A stretch of 64,000 nucleotides of DNA. It comes from Flavobacteriaceae bacterium. GTDB taxonomy: Bacteria; Bacteroidota; Bacteroidia; Flavobacteriales; Flavobacteriaceae. The position numbers and the translations under genes are program-made. The DNA lies in the NCBI GenBank assembly GCA_030726725.1, contig JANRDC010000006.1, positions 4,171 through 68,170 on the forward strand, read 5' to 3'. The first letter of the stretch is position 1. Every line of letters starts with the position of its first letter. This document shows positions 45,355 through 53,320 of this stretch, in pieces. The notes under the pieces are model-generated. The model was given only the letters and a program-made list of their open reading frames with translations, did no database searches and was not told the origin of the DNA.

Positions 45355-46004
45355 AGAAGCCCCTTGTTTAGATAGCGCCAGAGTATGATCCAAGGCGCTA
45401 TTTCGAAGGCACAAATGTACAAAATAAAGTAGAAAATGCGGCGCTGCAGATATTTTTGATGCGCCTTGATCAATGTAAACCACCCAACCCCCAATATCAG
45501 GGCGTAAATCAGGGTAAATACCCAGGTAATGAGTGTATTAGACCAAGAAAAATACGCGCCTATCCCTGCCCCTAAAAACAGGAATAAACCCCCGAAATTT
45601 TGATAACTCAGCTTTCCGTGAATCAATTGAGCAACAGTTTTGTTGGAAAACAATTCTGCGGTTGTTTTTTGCGCACCAATTTTGGACGCCAACCCCAGTC
45701 CAACTCCGGCAAATAGCCACCAAAGTTCTGGTGTTTTACGGCCCAGACCTAGATCGGTCCAGTGCACCCAGAGAAAGGCGGTGCTGTTCACCCAGAATGC
45801 CAGATTCATCATCCAAAAAAAAGGTTGACGCCAAAGCTTTCCGCGGTTAAAGACCATCAGGTATTTGTTGTTGACGGCCAAGGTACTGAACAGCGCCCAG
45901 CGATTTGGGTCTCTATAACGGGCAGCCACGCCCAGTCCTAGACCCAATAGAAGGAGCCAAAACAAACCATCAGGCGTGGAGGAGGTGCGTATTATGGGTT
46001 CCAT
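45351..46004 (-). CDS. DUF4271-family membrane protein
   Basis: 217-aa polytopic ORF immediately upstream of the hemD-like gene, a typical Bacteroidota arrangement. Confidence 0.55.
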   Translation of the reverse strand: MEPIIRTSSTPDGLFWLLLLGLGLGVAARYRDPNRWALFSTLAVNNKYLMVFNRGKLWRQPFFWMMNLAFWVNSTAFLWVHWTDLGLGRKTPELWWLFAGVGLGLASKIGAQKTTAELFSNKTVAQLIHGKLSYQNFGGLFLFLGAGIGAYFSWSNTLITWVFTLIYALILGVGWFTLIKAHQKYLQRRIFYFILYICAFEIAPWIILWRYLNKGLL

Positions 46005-47635
46005 TCCGCTGTTTTTTGTGGAGCGCCTTGAAGTCCGGCCGGGAGCGAAAAACTGCCTACACCGACACGCACCCCAGGAATATTTTTCGATACTGCTTTA
46101 GGCCATATCATTTGGAGCCGCAGGGTGTCTTGGGGACTCCATGAGTCGGGAATTGCCTGAGGTTCCAAAGGCCAAGGGATTTGCCTCTGGAGCCTTTTGT
46201 GGTCGTCCAACACACCAAAACTCAGGTAAATTTGTTGTCCTTTAAGCGCATGAGGATCCTGGTGGGTTAATTCCAAACGCACTTGATCCCCATGGACTTG
46301 GGTGATTTTGGCCTTGATCTGGTCGTAATAGGAGAACTCTTCGATCCATGTGCCAAAATAGGTGTCGCCCACTGCTTTCTCAAAACTGAACTGAGCTTTA
46401 TTTTGCTGCCAATACACATGTGATTTAGGGCCTATGAGTGCTATTTTCTTTCCTTGAATCCGCTCATAGGAGTTGTCGATGCTGTATTGATTTTTTCTAT
46501 AGCCCATGGTGTTTAGGGAGTAGGAATGCCCTGCTTGGTAAAAGGCGTACATAGGGGCATTTCTGTAGGAATCCAAGAACACGACAGGTGAGTCGCCCAC
46601 CTCTGCTTGAAGCCGACTGGTCCAAACCTGGTTGCCGTGTGTTTCATAGCGAATGGGCAGCAGTGACTCATGTACCAAGCCGATGCGCGCATAGATCAAT
46701 ACCAGTGCTGTGATTGCGGCACTCCACATCAGGGGGCGGCGTATTTTTCTGTCCCTTAAATAGAGCTCCCAAACCAAAACGGCTGTTGGAATGGCGATCA
46801 CCACAATCCATTGGGTTTGAATACGCTTGGTAAAACTGGAAATAAAAAAGAAAGTCAAAACAAAGAACACCAGTGATTTAAGCACTGTGCTGAATCGACC
46901 TTTGGGCGCTTTGTACCAGGCATAAATGACCCAGGGCAGGGTAAAACCAAATTGGGCGATGATGTTGACCAAGTAGCCCAGTGTAAATGCTTCAAATCGG
47001 TAGGGTTGGTTGGGTCGCTCGCTTAAGTGGTAAGCCACCGATACAAATTCGTGGGTGTACAACCAGTACAAATGAGGTGTGTACAGCAGCAAAGCCCATA
47101 GAACAGCTACCCAAGCTTTAGTCATGCGCACCAGCGGCCAATACCCAATCACCACACCGATAATCACGAGTACAGCGTGGTATTTGCTGTACATCATCGC
47201 CGCCATGGCAGTTCCTGTGATCAGGGCATAGGTCCATGTGGGTTTTTTGATCAGTTTCTTGACGCTCCAAAGAAACAAGGCGCTGAAAAAGAGCAGTGGG
47301 GTATCCGGTAAGGTGAAGAAACCGTAGGCGTTAAGCAGGGTCATGGAAAACATCCACAAGAAGAATTCGGGGATATAGTGGTTTTTTTTCACACCGCTGA
47401 TCATGTCCCAAACCAGAAGATAAGTAGCTGCGCTCAACAAAATTCCTGCGATCCGCACCCCTAGAGTTCCTGAGAAAAACAGCTGTCCCAAAGCAATCAT
47501 CCAAGCCATCATCGGTGGGTGGTCAAAATATCCCCAAGCCGGTTGTTGGCTAAAGTACCAGTAATAAGCTTCGTCGTAAATCAATTCAGTCACGGATGCT
47601 TGCCACAGGTTGATGCCCAGCAGTAAAGCGAGCAT
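45992..47635 (-). CDS. GT-C fold glycosyltransferase (family 39 / ArnT-like) with a C-terminal soluble domain
   Basis: The N-terminal ~370 aa is polytopic with the early DEAYYW motif of ArnT/PMT-like enzymes, followed by a ~200-aa non-membrane C-terminus. I moved the start to the Met at 47635 because a -7 box (47689-47696) lies inside the longer ORF. Confidence 0.7.
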   Translation of the reverse strand: MLALLLGINLWQASVTELIYDEAYYWYFSQQPAWGYFDHPPMMAWMIALGQLFFSGTLGVRIAGILLSAATYLLVWDMISGVKKNHYIPEFFLWMFSMTLLNAYGFFTLPDTPLLFFSALFLWSVKKLIKKPTWTYALITGTAMAAMMYSKYHAVLVIIGVVIGYWPLVRMTKAWVAVLWALLLYTPHLYWLYTHEFVSVAYHLSERPNQPYRFEAFTLGYLVNIIAQFGFTLPWVIYAWYKAPKGRFSTVLKSLVFFVLTFFFISSFTKRIQTQWIVVIAIPTAVLVWELYLRDRKIRRPLMWSAAITALVLIYARIGLVHESLLPIRYETHGNQVWTSRLQAEVGDSPVVFLDSYRNAPMYAFYQAGHSYSLNTMGYRKNQYSIDNSYERIQGKKIALIGPKSHVYWQQNKAQFSFEKAVGDTYFGTWIEEFSYYDQIKAKITQVHGDQVRLELTHQDPHALKGQQIYLSFGVLDDHKRLQRQIPWPLEPQAIPDSWSPQDTLRLQMIWPKAVSKNIPGVRVGVGSFSLPAGLQGAPQKTAEWNP

Positions 47636-47688
47636 GATCCAAAATAGCGCAAGTCGTGAAGTGGGCACAGGAGGTTGAATTAGGCCCT

Positions 47689-47696
47689 CAAAAGTA
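47689..47696 (-). promoter_or_regulatory. candidate -7 box (TACTTTTG) for the GT39-like gene operon
   Basis: The reverse complement of CAAAAGTA matches TAnnTTTG. It forms the left arm of a 10-bp inverted repeat with the box at 47709-47716. Confidence 0.4.
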
Positions 47697-47708
47697 CAAA
47701 TAATGGTG

Positions 47709-47716
47709 TACTTTTG
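47709..47716 (+). promoter_or_regulatory. candidate -7 box (TACTTTTG) for the Dpm1-like synthase gene
   Basis: Exact match 30 nt upstream of the ATG at 47746. Confidence 0.45.
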
Positions 47717-47745
47717 TTCCACAACCCACAAGCGATCACGGATTT

Positions 47746-48483
47746 ATGTCTCACCGACTGGTTATTATTCCCACCTATAACGAAAAGGAAAACATCGAGG
47801 CGATGGTGCACAAGGTATTCTCTTTGCCTATGGCCTTTGATCTGTTGGTGGTTGATGACGGTTCCCCTGATGGAACGGGTCAGCTGGTGAAAAATCTGCA
47901 AGAAAAATTTCCCGGTCAGCTTTTTCTCGAAGAACGGACAGAAAAGAACGGTCTAGGGACAGCGTATATTCATGGATTCAAGTGGGCATTGGCCCGTGAT
48001 TACGGATATGTCTTTGAAATGGATGCTGATTTTTCCCACAATCCAGATGATTTAGTGCGCCTTTATGACGCGTGTTCACAAGGGGCAGACGTGGCCGTAG
48101 GCTCTCGCTACATCCAAGGGGTCAACGTGGTCAACTGGCCACTGCACCGCATTCTGCTGTCTTATGGCGCTTCGTTTTACGTCAAGTTGATCACTGGAAT
48201 GCGCGTTCAAGATCCCACAGCTGGATTTGTCGGGTACCGCAGGGAAGTTCTGGAGCATTTAGACCTCGATCGCATTCGGTTTGTCGGCTATGCTTTCCAG
48301 ATTGAAATGAAGTTTAAGTCCTTTACCGCAGGCTTTAAAATTGTAGAGGTCCCCATTGTATTTAAAGACCGAGAACTCGGTCATTCAAAAATGAATGCTT
48401 CCATCGTCAAAGAAGCGGTTTGGGGTGTGCTGCGCCTCAAGTGGGATCAGTTGTTTCATAAAAAAAAGACATCCCACTCATAA
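47746..48483 (+). CDS. polyprenol-phosphate mannose/sugar synthase (GT2, Dpm1-like)
   Basis: 245-aa ORF with VIIPTYNEKENI, VVDDGSPDGT and FEMDADFSH motifs. Confidence 0.85.
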   Translation: MSHRLVIIPTYNEKENIEAMVHKVFSLPMAFDLLVVDDGSPDGTGQLVKNLQEKFPGQLFLEERTEKNGLGTAYIHGFKWALARDYGYVFEMDADFSHNPDDLVRLYDACSQGADVAVGSRYIQGVNVVNWPLHRILLSYGASFYVKLITGMRVQDPTAGFVGYRREVLEHLDLDRIRFVGYAFQIEMKFKSFTAGFKIVEVPIVFKDRELGHSKMNASIVKEAVWGVLRLKWDQLFHKKKTSHS

Positions 48484-48538
48484 GTGATTCTAATCGATCA
48501 AAGTCGCTGAAAAATGATTCGTTGAGTAACTTTACCGC

Positions 48539-49867
48539 ATGAAAAGAATTTTGATCAAAAACGGGATCCTAGTCAATGAAGATCAGCAGTTTGCTGCAGA
48601 TATCTTGGTGGAAGGAACCTATATCGCAAAAATAGGGACAGACTTGTCCCACCCCAATGCCACAGTGATCGATGCTCAGGGCGGCTATGTTTTTCCAGGA
48701 GTGATCGACGATCAAGTACACTTTCGCGAACCGGGATTAACCCACAAGGGTTGCATCGCTTCTGAAAGTAGAGCGGCAGTGGCTGGGGGAACTACCTCTT
48801 TTATGGAGCAACCCAACACCAACCCACAGACGGTGACTTTGGAGGCCTTGGAACAAAAAATGGCCATGGGCGCCGCGAGTTCTGTGGCCAATTATTCCTT
48901 TTTGCTCGGAGGCACCAATGACAACTTAGAGGAAATCAAACGTTTGGACCCCAAGGCGACCTCAGGCATCAAATTGTTTTTGGGTTCCTCAACCGGCAAT
49001 ATGCTGGTGGATGACCCCCAAGTGATTGAAAAAATATTTAGGGCTACTCCGCTGGTGATTTCCGCCCATTGTGAGGATGAGGCCACCATCAGGGCTCAAA
49101 TGGCCTGGGCCCAAGAAACTTATGGCGATCAGATGACCCCTGAGCTGCATCCGGTTATCCGCAATGCCGAAGCCTGTTATTTGTCTTCTTCACGCGCCAT
49201 AGCCTTAGCGCGCGCCACAGGCGCGCGCCTCCACGTGTTCCATTTGTCTACGGGGATTGAAATGGACTTATTGGCCCCCGGACCACTAAAAGGAAAACAG
49301 ATCACCGCTGAGGTATGCATCCATCATTTGTGGTTTTCTGACGAGGATTACGCGACCAAAGGAAACCTGATCAAGTGGAATCCTGCCGTGAAGTCCGCGG
49401 CTGATCGCGATGCGCTATGGGCTGGCTTGCTCGAAGACCGCATCGATGTGATCGCCACCGACCACGCCCCCCACACTTGGGAAGAAAAGAATAAACCCTA
49501 TGCGCAAGCGCCTTCTGGCGGACCCTTGGTACAACACAGTTTGGTAGCCATGTTGGATTTTGTAGAGCGCGGTAAAATATCGCTCAATCAAGTGGTGCGC
49601 AAAATGTGCCACAACCCAGCAGATCTATTTCAAGTACACAAAAGGGGCTACCTCAGGGAAGGATATTACGCGGATATCGCCGTGGTCCAACCCAAAACTT
49701 GGACAGTGGGTAAGGAAAATATTGTGGCCCAGTGCGGATGGTCTCCGTTTGAAGGACAATCGTTTAACTACGCAGTGACCCATACCTTGGTCAACGGCCA
49801 TTTGGCCTACAACCAAGGCCTGATTTCGCCGGAAATCAAGGGAATGCGTTTGACATTTGACCGATGA
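48539..49867 (+). CDS. pyrC: dihydroorotase (long, allantoinase-like type)
   Basis: 442-aa ORF with amidohydrolase metal motifs (DDQVHFREPG, SAHCED, VIATDHAPH). Confidence 0.85.
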   Translation: MKRILIKNGILVNEDQQFAADILVEGTYIAKIGTDLSHPNATVIDAQGGYVFPGVIDDQVHFREPGLTHKGCIASESRAAVAGGTTSFMEQPNTNPQTVTLEALEQKMAMGAASSVANYSFLLGGTNDNLEEIKRLDPKATSGIKLFLGSSTGNMLVDDPQVIEKIFRATPLVISAHCEDEATIRAQMAWAQETYGDQMTPELHPVIRNAEACYLSSSRAIALARATGARLHVFHLSTGIEMDLLAPGPLKGKQITAEVCIHHLWFSDEDYATKGNLIKWNPAVKSAADRDALWAGLLEDRIDVIATDHAPHTWEEKNKPYAQAPSGGPLVQHSLVAMLDFVERGKISLNQVVRKMCHNPADLFQVHKRGYLREGYYADIAVVQPKTWTVGKENIVAQCGWSPFEGQSFNYAVTHTLVNGHLAYNQGLISPEIKGMRLTFDR

Positions 49868-50289
49868 AAATCAGCCTGAAATACATAGGGGTACTTTTAC
49901 TCGTTTTTGCTGTCAGCTGTGTGAAGCAGGTGGCCGAAAAACCTGATCATTTGCTCAGCGAATCTGAAATGGAGTCCTTGGTCTACGACCTAGTCATGTT
50001 TAAATCTGTTCAGTCCTACGCCTCAGAAATCCAACGCATCGTCCCCAATCCGGAACAAACCATGTATGGTTGGTACGGTTTGGACAGCCTCTCTTATGTG
50101 CAAAACGATCGGTATTACGCGGCCCAACCCGAGGTTTATGAGGGGATATACAACCGAGTTATGTTGCGTATCGACCGAGAAAAAGAAGCTTTAGACGCCC
50201 GTATTAAAGAGGCTTTAGAGAAAGCCCAAGCGGAGAAGTCTACAGAAACACCTCCTGTGGTTTTGGCGCCTAAGCCTCAGCAGGACTAG
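49864..50289 (+). CDS. DUF4296-like lipoprotein
   Basis: 141-aa ORF with signal LLVFAVSC. It overlaps the pyrC stop (ATGA). This is the usual Bacteroidota position for DUF4296. Confidence 0.5.
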   Translation: MKISLKYIGVLLLVFAVSCVKQVAEKPDHLLSESEMESLVYDLVMFKSVQSYASEIQRIVPNPEQTMYGWYGLDSLSYVQNDRYYAAQPEVYEGIYNRVMLRIDREKEALDARIKEALEKAQAEKSTETPPVVLAPKPQQD

Positions 50290-50352
50290 TATGCCCAATT
50301 GGTTTTACGTGAAAAAGTAGTCCCAGGCCAAGGCTTTGGAGGGACCAATTCC

Positions 50353-50360
50353 TATATTTG
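50353..50360 (+). promoter_or_regulatory. candidate -7 box (TATATTTG) for tyrS
   Basis: Exact match 21 nt upstream of the ATG at 50381. Confidence 0.5.
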
Positions 50361-50380
50361 CCCCCGAAAGAACACCTACG

Positions 50381-51673
50381 ATGAAGAATTTTGTTGCTGA
50401 ATTGACTTGGCGAGGCATGATCCACGATGTGATGCCCGAAACTGAAGCCCATTTGATGGAATCCATGCGCGCTGCTTATGTGGGCATTGATCCTACGGCA
50501 GATTCTTTGCACATCGGTCACTTGGTGGGTGTGATGATGCTCAAGCATTTTCAGCTTTGCGGCCATAAGCCTGTCGCTTTGGTCGGGGGCGCCACCGGGA
50601 TGATCGGCGATCCTTCGGGCAAATCAGCGGAACGCAATCTGCTCGATGAACCTACTTTGAGACACAATCAAGAAGCGATCAAAGGACAGCTCGCCCGTTT
50701 TCTGGATTTTCACAGCGATCAACCCAATGCAGCCGTTCTGGTCAACAACTATGATTGGATGCATTCCTTTACCTTTTTGGATTTTATCCGCGATGTGGGC
50801 AAACACATCACGGTGAACTATATGATGGCCAAAGATTCGGTGAAAAAACGTCTTTCTGCAGATGCCAAAGAAGGGATGTCATTTACAGAGTTTACGTATC
50901 AGTTGGTGCAGGGCTATGATTTTCTTCACCTCTACCGGACCCACCACTGTACCTTGCAGATGGGCGGCAGCGATCAGTGGGGGAACATCACCACAGGGAC
51001 TGAACTGATCCGACGTATCGGAGGTGGCAAAGGGTATGCCATGACCTGTCCCTTGATCACCAAAGCAGACGGCACCAAGTTTGGCAAGACAGAAGGCGGT
51101 AATATTTGGTTGGATGCCCAACGCACCTCTCCTTATGCCTTTTATCAATACTGGTTGAACACGTCTGACGAAGACGCGGCTAAATACATCAAAATATTTA
51201 CGCTTTTGGACCAGCCCACGATTGAAACGCTGATTCAAACCCACAGCAACGCACCCCACGAACGCGCCTTGCAAACCAAGCTAGCCCAAGAGGTGACCAT
51301 TTTGGTCCACGGACAACAGGCGTTGGATCGCGCCCAACAGGCCAGCGCCATTCTTTTTGGTCAAGCGACGGCTGATATGGTGCGCAGTTTGGATGAGCGC
51401 AGTTTGTTGGATGCCTTTGAGGGTGTTCCCCAGGCGGAAGTGTCCCGAGATGCCTTAGTGGCTGGTCTGGGGATGGTGGATGCATTGGCCGGTCAGACTG
51501 GATTTCTCCCCTCGAATGGAGCTGCTCGACGGGAATTGCAACAAAACGCGATATCGGTCAACAAAGAAAAGGTGGCGGAAGATCGCTTGATCACCTCGGA
51601 GGACTTGATTGCAGATCGATATGTGCTTTTGCAAAAAGGCAAGAAAAATTACTACCTGCTTGTGGTGGTTTAA
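50381..51673 (+). CDS. tyrS: tyrosine--tRNA ligase
   Basis: HIGH (SLHIGHL) and KMSKS-equivalent (KFGKT) motifs and a C-terminal S4-like domain are present. I chose the start [12 protein letters not shown] at 50381 because a TATATTTG -7 box at 50353-50360 lies inside the longer ORF. Confidence 0.95.
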   Translation: MKNFVAELTWRGMIHDVMPETEAHLMESMRAAYVGIDPTADSLHIGHLVGVMMLKHFQLCGHKPVALVGGATGMIGDPSGKSAERNLLDEPTLRHNQEAIKGQLARFLDFHSDQPNAAVLVNNYDWMHSFTFLDFIRDVGKHITVNYMMAKDSVKKRLSADAKEGMSFTEFTYQLVQGYDFLHLYRTHHCTLQMGGSDQWGNITTGTELIRRIGGGKGYAMTCPLITKADGTKFGKTEGGNIWLDAQRTSPYAFYQYWLNTSDEDAAKYIKIFTLLDQPTIETLIQTHSNAPHERALQTKLAQEVTILVHGQQALDRAQQASAILFGQATADMVRSLDERSLLDAFEGVPQAEVSRDALVAGLGMVDALAGQTGFLPSNGAARRELQQNAISVNKEKVAEDRLITSEDLIADRYVLLQKGKKNYYLLVVV

Positions 51674-52702
51674 TTATTGATTGACGGCAACCAGCAGGTT
51701 ACATCCCCTGATTTCTGCGTGATCAAATCGACCGAGCACTTTAAATTGCCCTGGTCCAGTAGCGCGACCTAAATCTTGGGTGGAGATAAAACTGCAAGAA
51801 TCTACATTGGCCAAGTCGATGATGTCGATTCCGCCACTCTGTCCCTCTGGCAATCTGGTCAGCGGATCTTCAGTATCCCTGATATTCACCCGCATCCATG
51901 GCGGGCAAGAAAAAACCCCACCTCCCAATGAATAGGCTTGGGACAGCAATTCCGTCATGCCGTATTCGCTGTGAATCGCGGCGCCGCCCCAGGCATCGCT
52001 GAGTTTCTGGTGCACTTCTTCGCGTATCATTTCTCGACCACGCCCTTTCATTCCTCCGGTTTCCATGACGATGGTGTGTTTTAGGGCCATGGGGTATTGT
52101 GCTGCAAAATCCAGCAAGGCAAATGTTACCCCCAACAGCAAGGTGGGTGTTTGACTGGCCTCTAAGGCCAATAGGGTCTCGCTCAGCTCCTTAAATTGAT
52201 CGAGGTAGAACCCGCTTTTGGGATGACCGCTGCGCTGAATCATGTCCTGGGCCATATAGACCAACGAAGATCCTCCGCGCTCTAGATAAGAAGGCAACAG
52301 GGCGAGTACACAATAGTTTTCTACAGGTCCGTAAAACAACTCCCAGCCCTGGCGAAAGCTCTTTTCGTAAACGTCAAGTCTAGGCACATAATGTTTGCTG
52401 GGCACCATTCCTGTAGTGGCACTTGAGGTAAAATAATGACTGGTGTCTGCTCCAGCCCTGAGGACTTGATGGGTTTTAAAAAAGGAAATAGGGAGGTAAG
52501 GTATTTGGCTCACCGCTAGAACCCGTTCTGGGGTGCGTCCCAAATGATCGCAAAATTCCCGGTAAACTGCCACATGAGCGTACTGATCGCGGTAGCGATA
52601 CATGGCGATTTGGTCAAATGTTTCCGGGTGATCAATCGAGGCCCAGTCGAAGGTATTTGGCATGGACCCAAAGATAAGGCATTGCTTTTTTCTATTTGAC
52701 AA
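51674..52702 (-). CDS. LuxE-like acyl-protein synthetase / adenylate-forming enzyme family protein
   Basis: 342-aa ORF. Its size and sequence recall the acyl-protein synthetase LuxE (F390-synthetase-like) family annotated as acyl transferase in Flavobacteriia. This is a memory-based call. An alternative start is at 52663. Confidence 0.5.
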   Translation of the reverse strand: MSNRKKQCLIFGSMPNTFDWASIDHPETFDQIAMYRYRDQYAHVAVYREFCDHLGRTPERVLAVSQIPYLPISFFKTHQVLRAGADTSHYFTSSATTGMVPSKHYVPRLDVYEKSFRQGWELFYGPVENYCVLALLPSYLERGGSSLVYMAQDMIQRSGHPKSGFYLDQFKELSETLLALEASQTPTLLLGVTFALLDFAAQYPMALKHTIVMETGGMKGRGREMIREEVHQKLSDAWGGAAIHSEYGMTELLSQAYSLGGGVFSCPPWMRVNIRDTEDPLTRLPEGQSGGIDIIDLANVDSCSFISTQDLGRATGPGQFKVLGRFDHAEIRGCNLLVAVNQ

Positions 52703-52997
52703 TCAATTTTCGCGTGGCCGTTTTTCGCTCTTCAGTGATGCGAATCACATAGACACCAGCGGGCAACGCAGATACATTGAGCTGATCCCCCCTGAGGTTG
52801 GTCTGCAACACAGGGGCCCCAAAAACATCGAATACCGTGATTTGTTTTGCTTTAGCCTGGGGGGTGCGGATATATAAAGTCCCGTCTGATACTGGGTTGG
52901 GATACATATTTAAGCCAGGAATCTCACCGTCCACCGAGGTCTGCCCCATCAACAGTGAGGTCGCAAACAGCAGTATAAGCAAGGGCCAATACTTCAT
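52692..52997 (-). CDS. signal peptide + T9SS type-A C-terminal sorting domain only (no cargo domain)
   Basis: 101-aa ORF. The signal peptide MKYWPLLILLFATSLLMGQ is followed after ~12 aa by a Por_Secre_tail-like domain (MYPNPVSDGTLYI...ITVFDVFGAPV...LPAGVYVIRI...KLIVK). Confidence 0.7.
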   Translation of the reverse strand: MKYWPLLILLFATSLLMGQTSVDGEIPGLNMYPNPVSDGTLYIRTPQAKAKQITVFDVFGAPVLQTNLRGDQLNVSALPAGVYVIRITEERKTATRKLIVK

Positions 52998-53264
52998 AAA
53001 CAGGCTAGCATTTAGTGAGTTAGATGGCTAAGATATAAAATTTCCCCATCGATCAGGTATTTTACTGCGCACTCGCTTCTTGAGTGCACATACCTTATTT
53101 CTATAGCTACAAAAGTTATGGAGTTACGTTTACTGTGATTTAATCGGAATAAAACATTTTTTATAAACATCTGATATACAGCATATTAACATTACATCAA
53201 TCATTAATTATCACTAACTTAACATTAGGGCGTGTATTGTCCTTGATTCTTAACGTTGGATTAA

Positions 53265-53294
53265 TTGGCCAGCAAAAGTCCTCCATTAGATTTG
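53265..53294 (+). promoter_or_regulatory. candidate promoter (TTG-N19-TAGATTTG) for the lipoprotein / TonB-dependent receptor genes
   Basis: TTG at 53265-53267, a 19-nt spacer, then TAGATTTG at 53287-53294, 27 nt upstream of the ATG at 53321. Confidence 0.5.
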
Positions 53295-53320
53295 CCTCAA
53301 AATCTTAAAAAACCAAAAAA

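Noticed and set aside
53067-53090. A hairpin GCACTC/GAGTGC in the long intergenic region.
   Set aside because: It has a 6-bp stem, no U-run and no obvious relation to a gene end or start. It is not distinguishable from chance.
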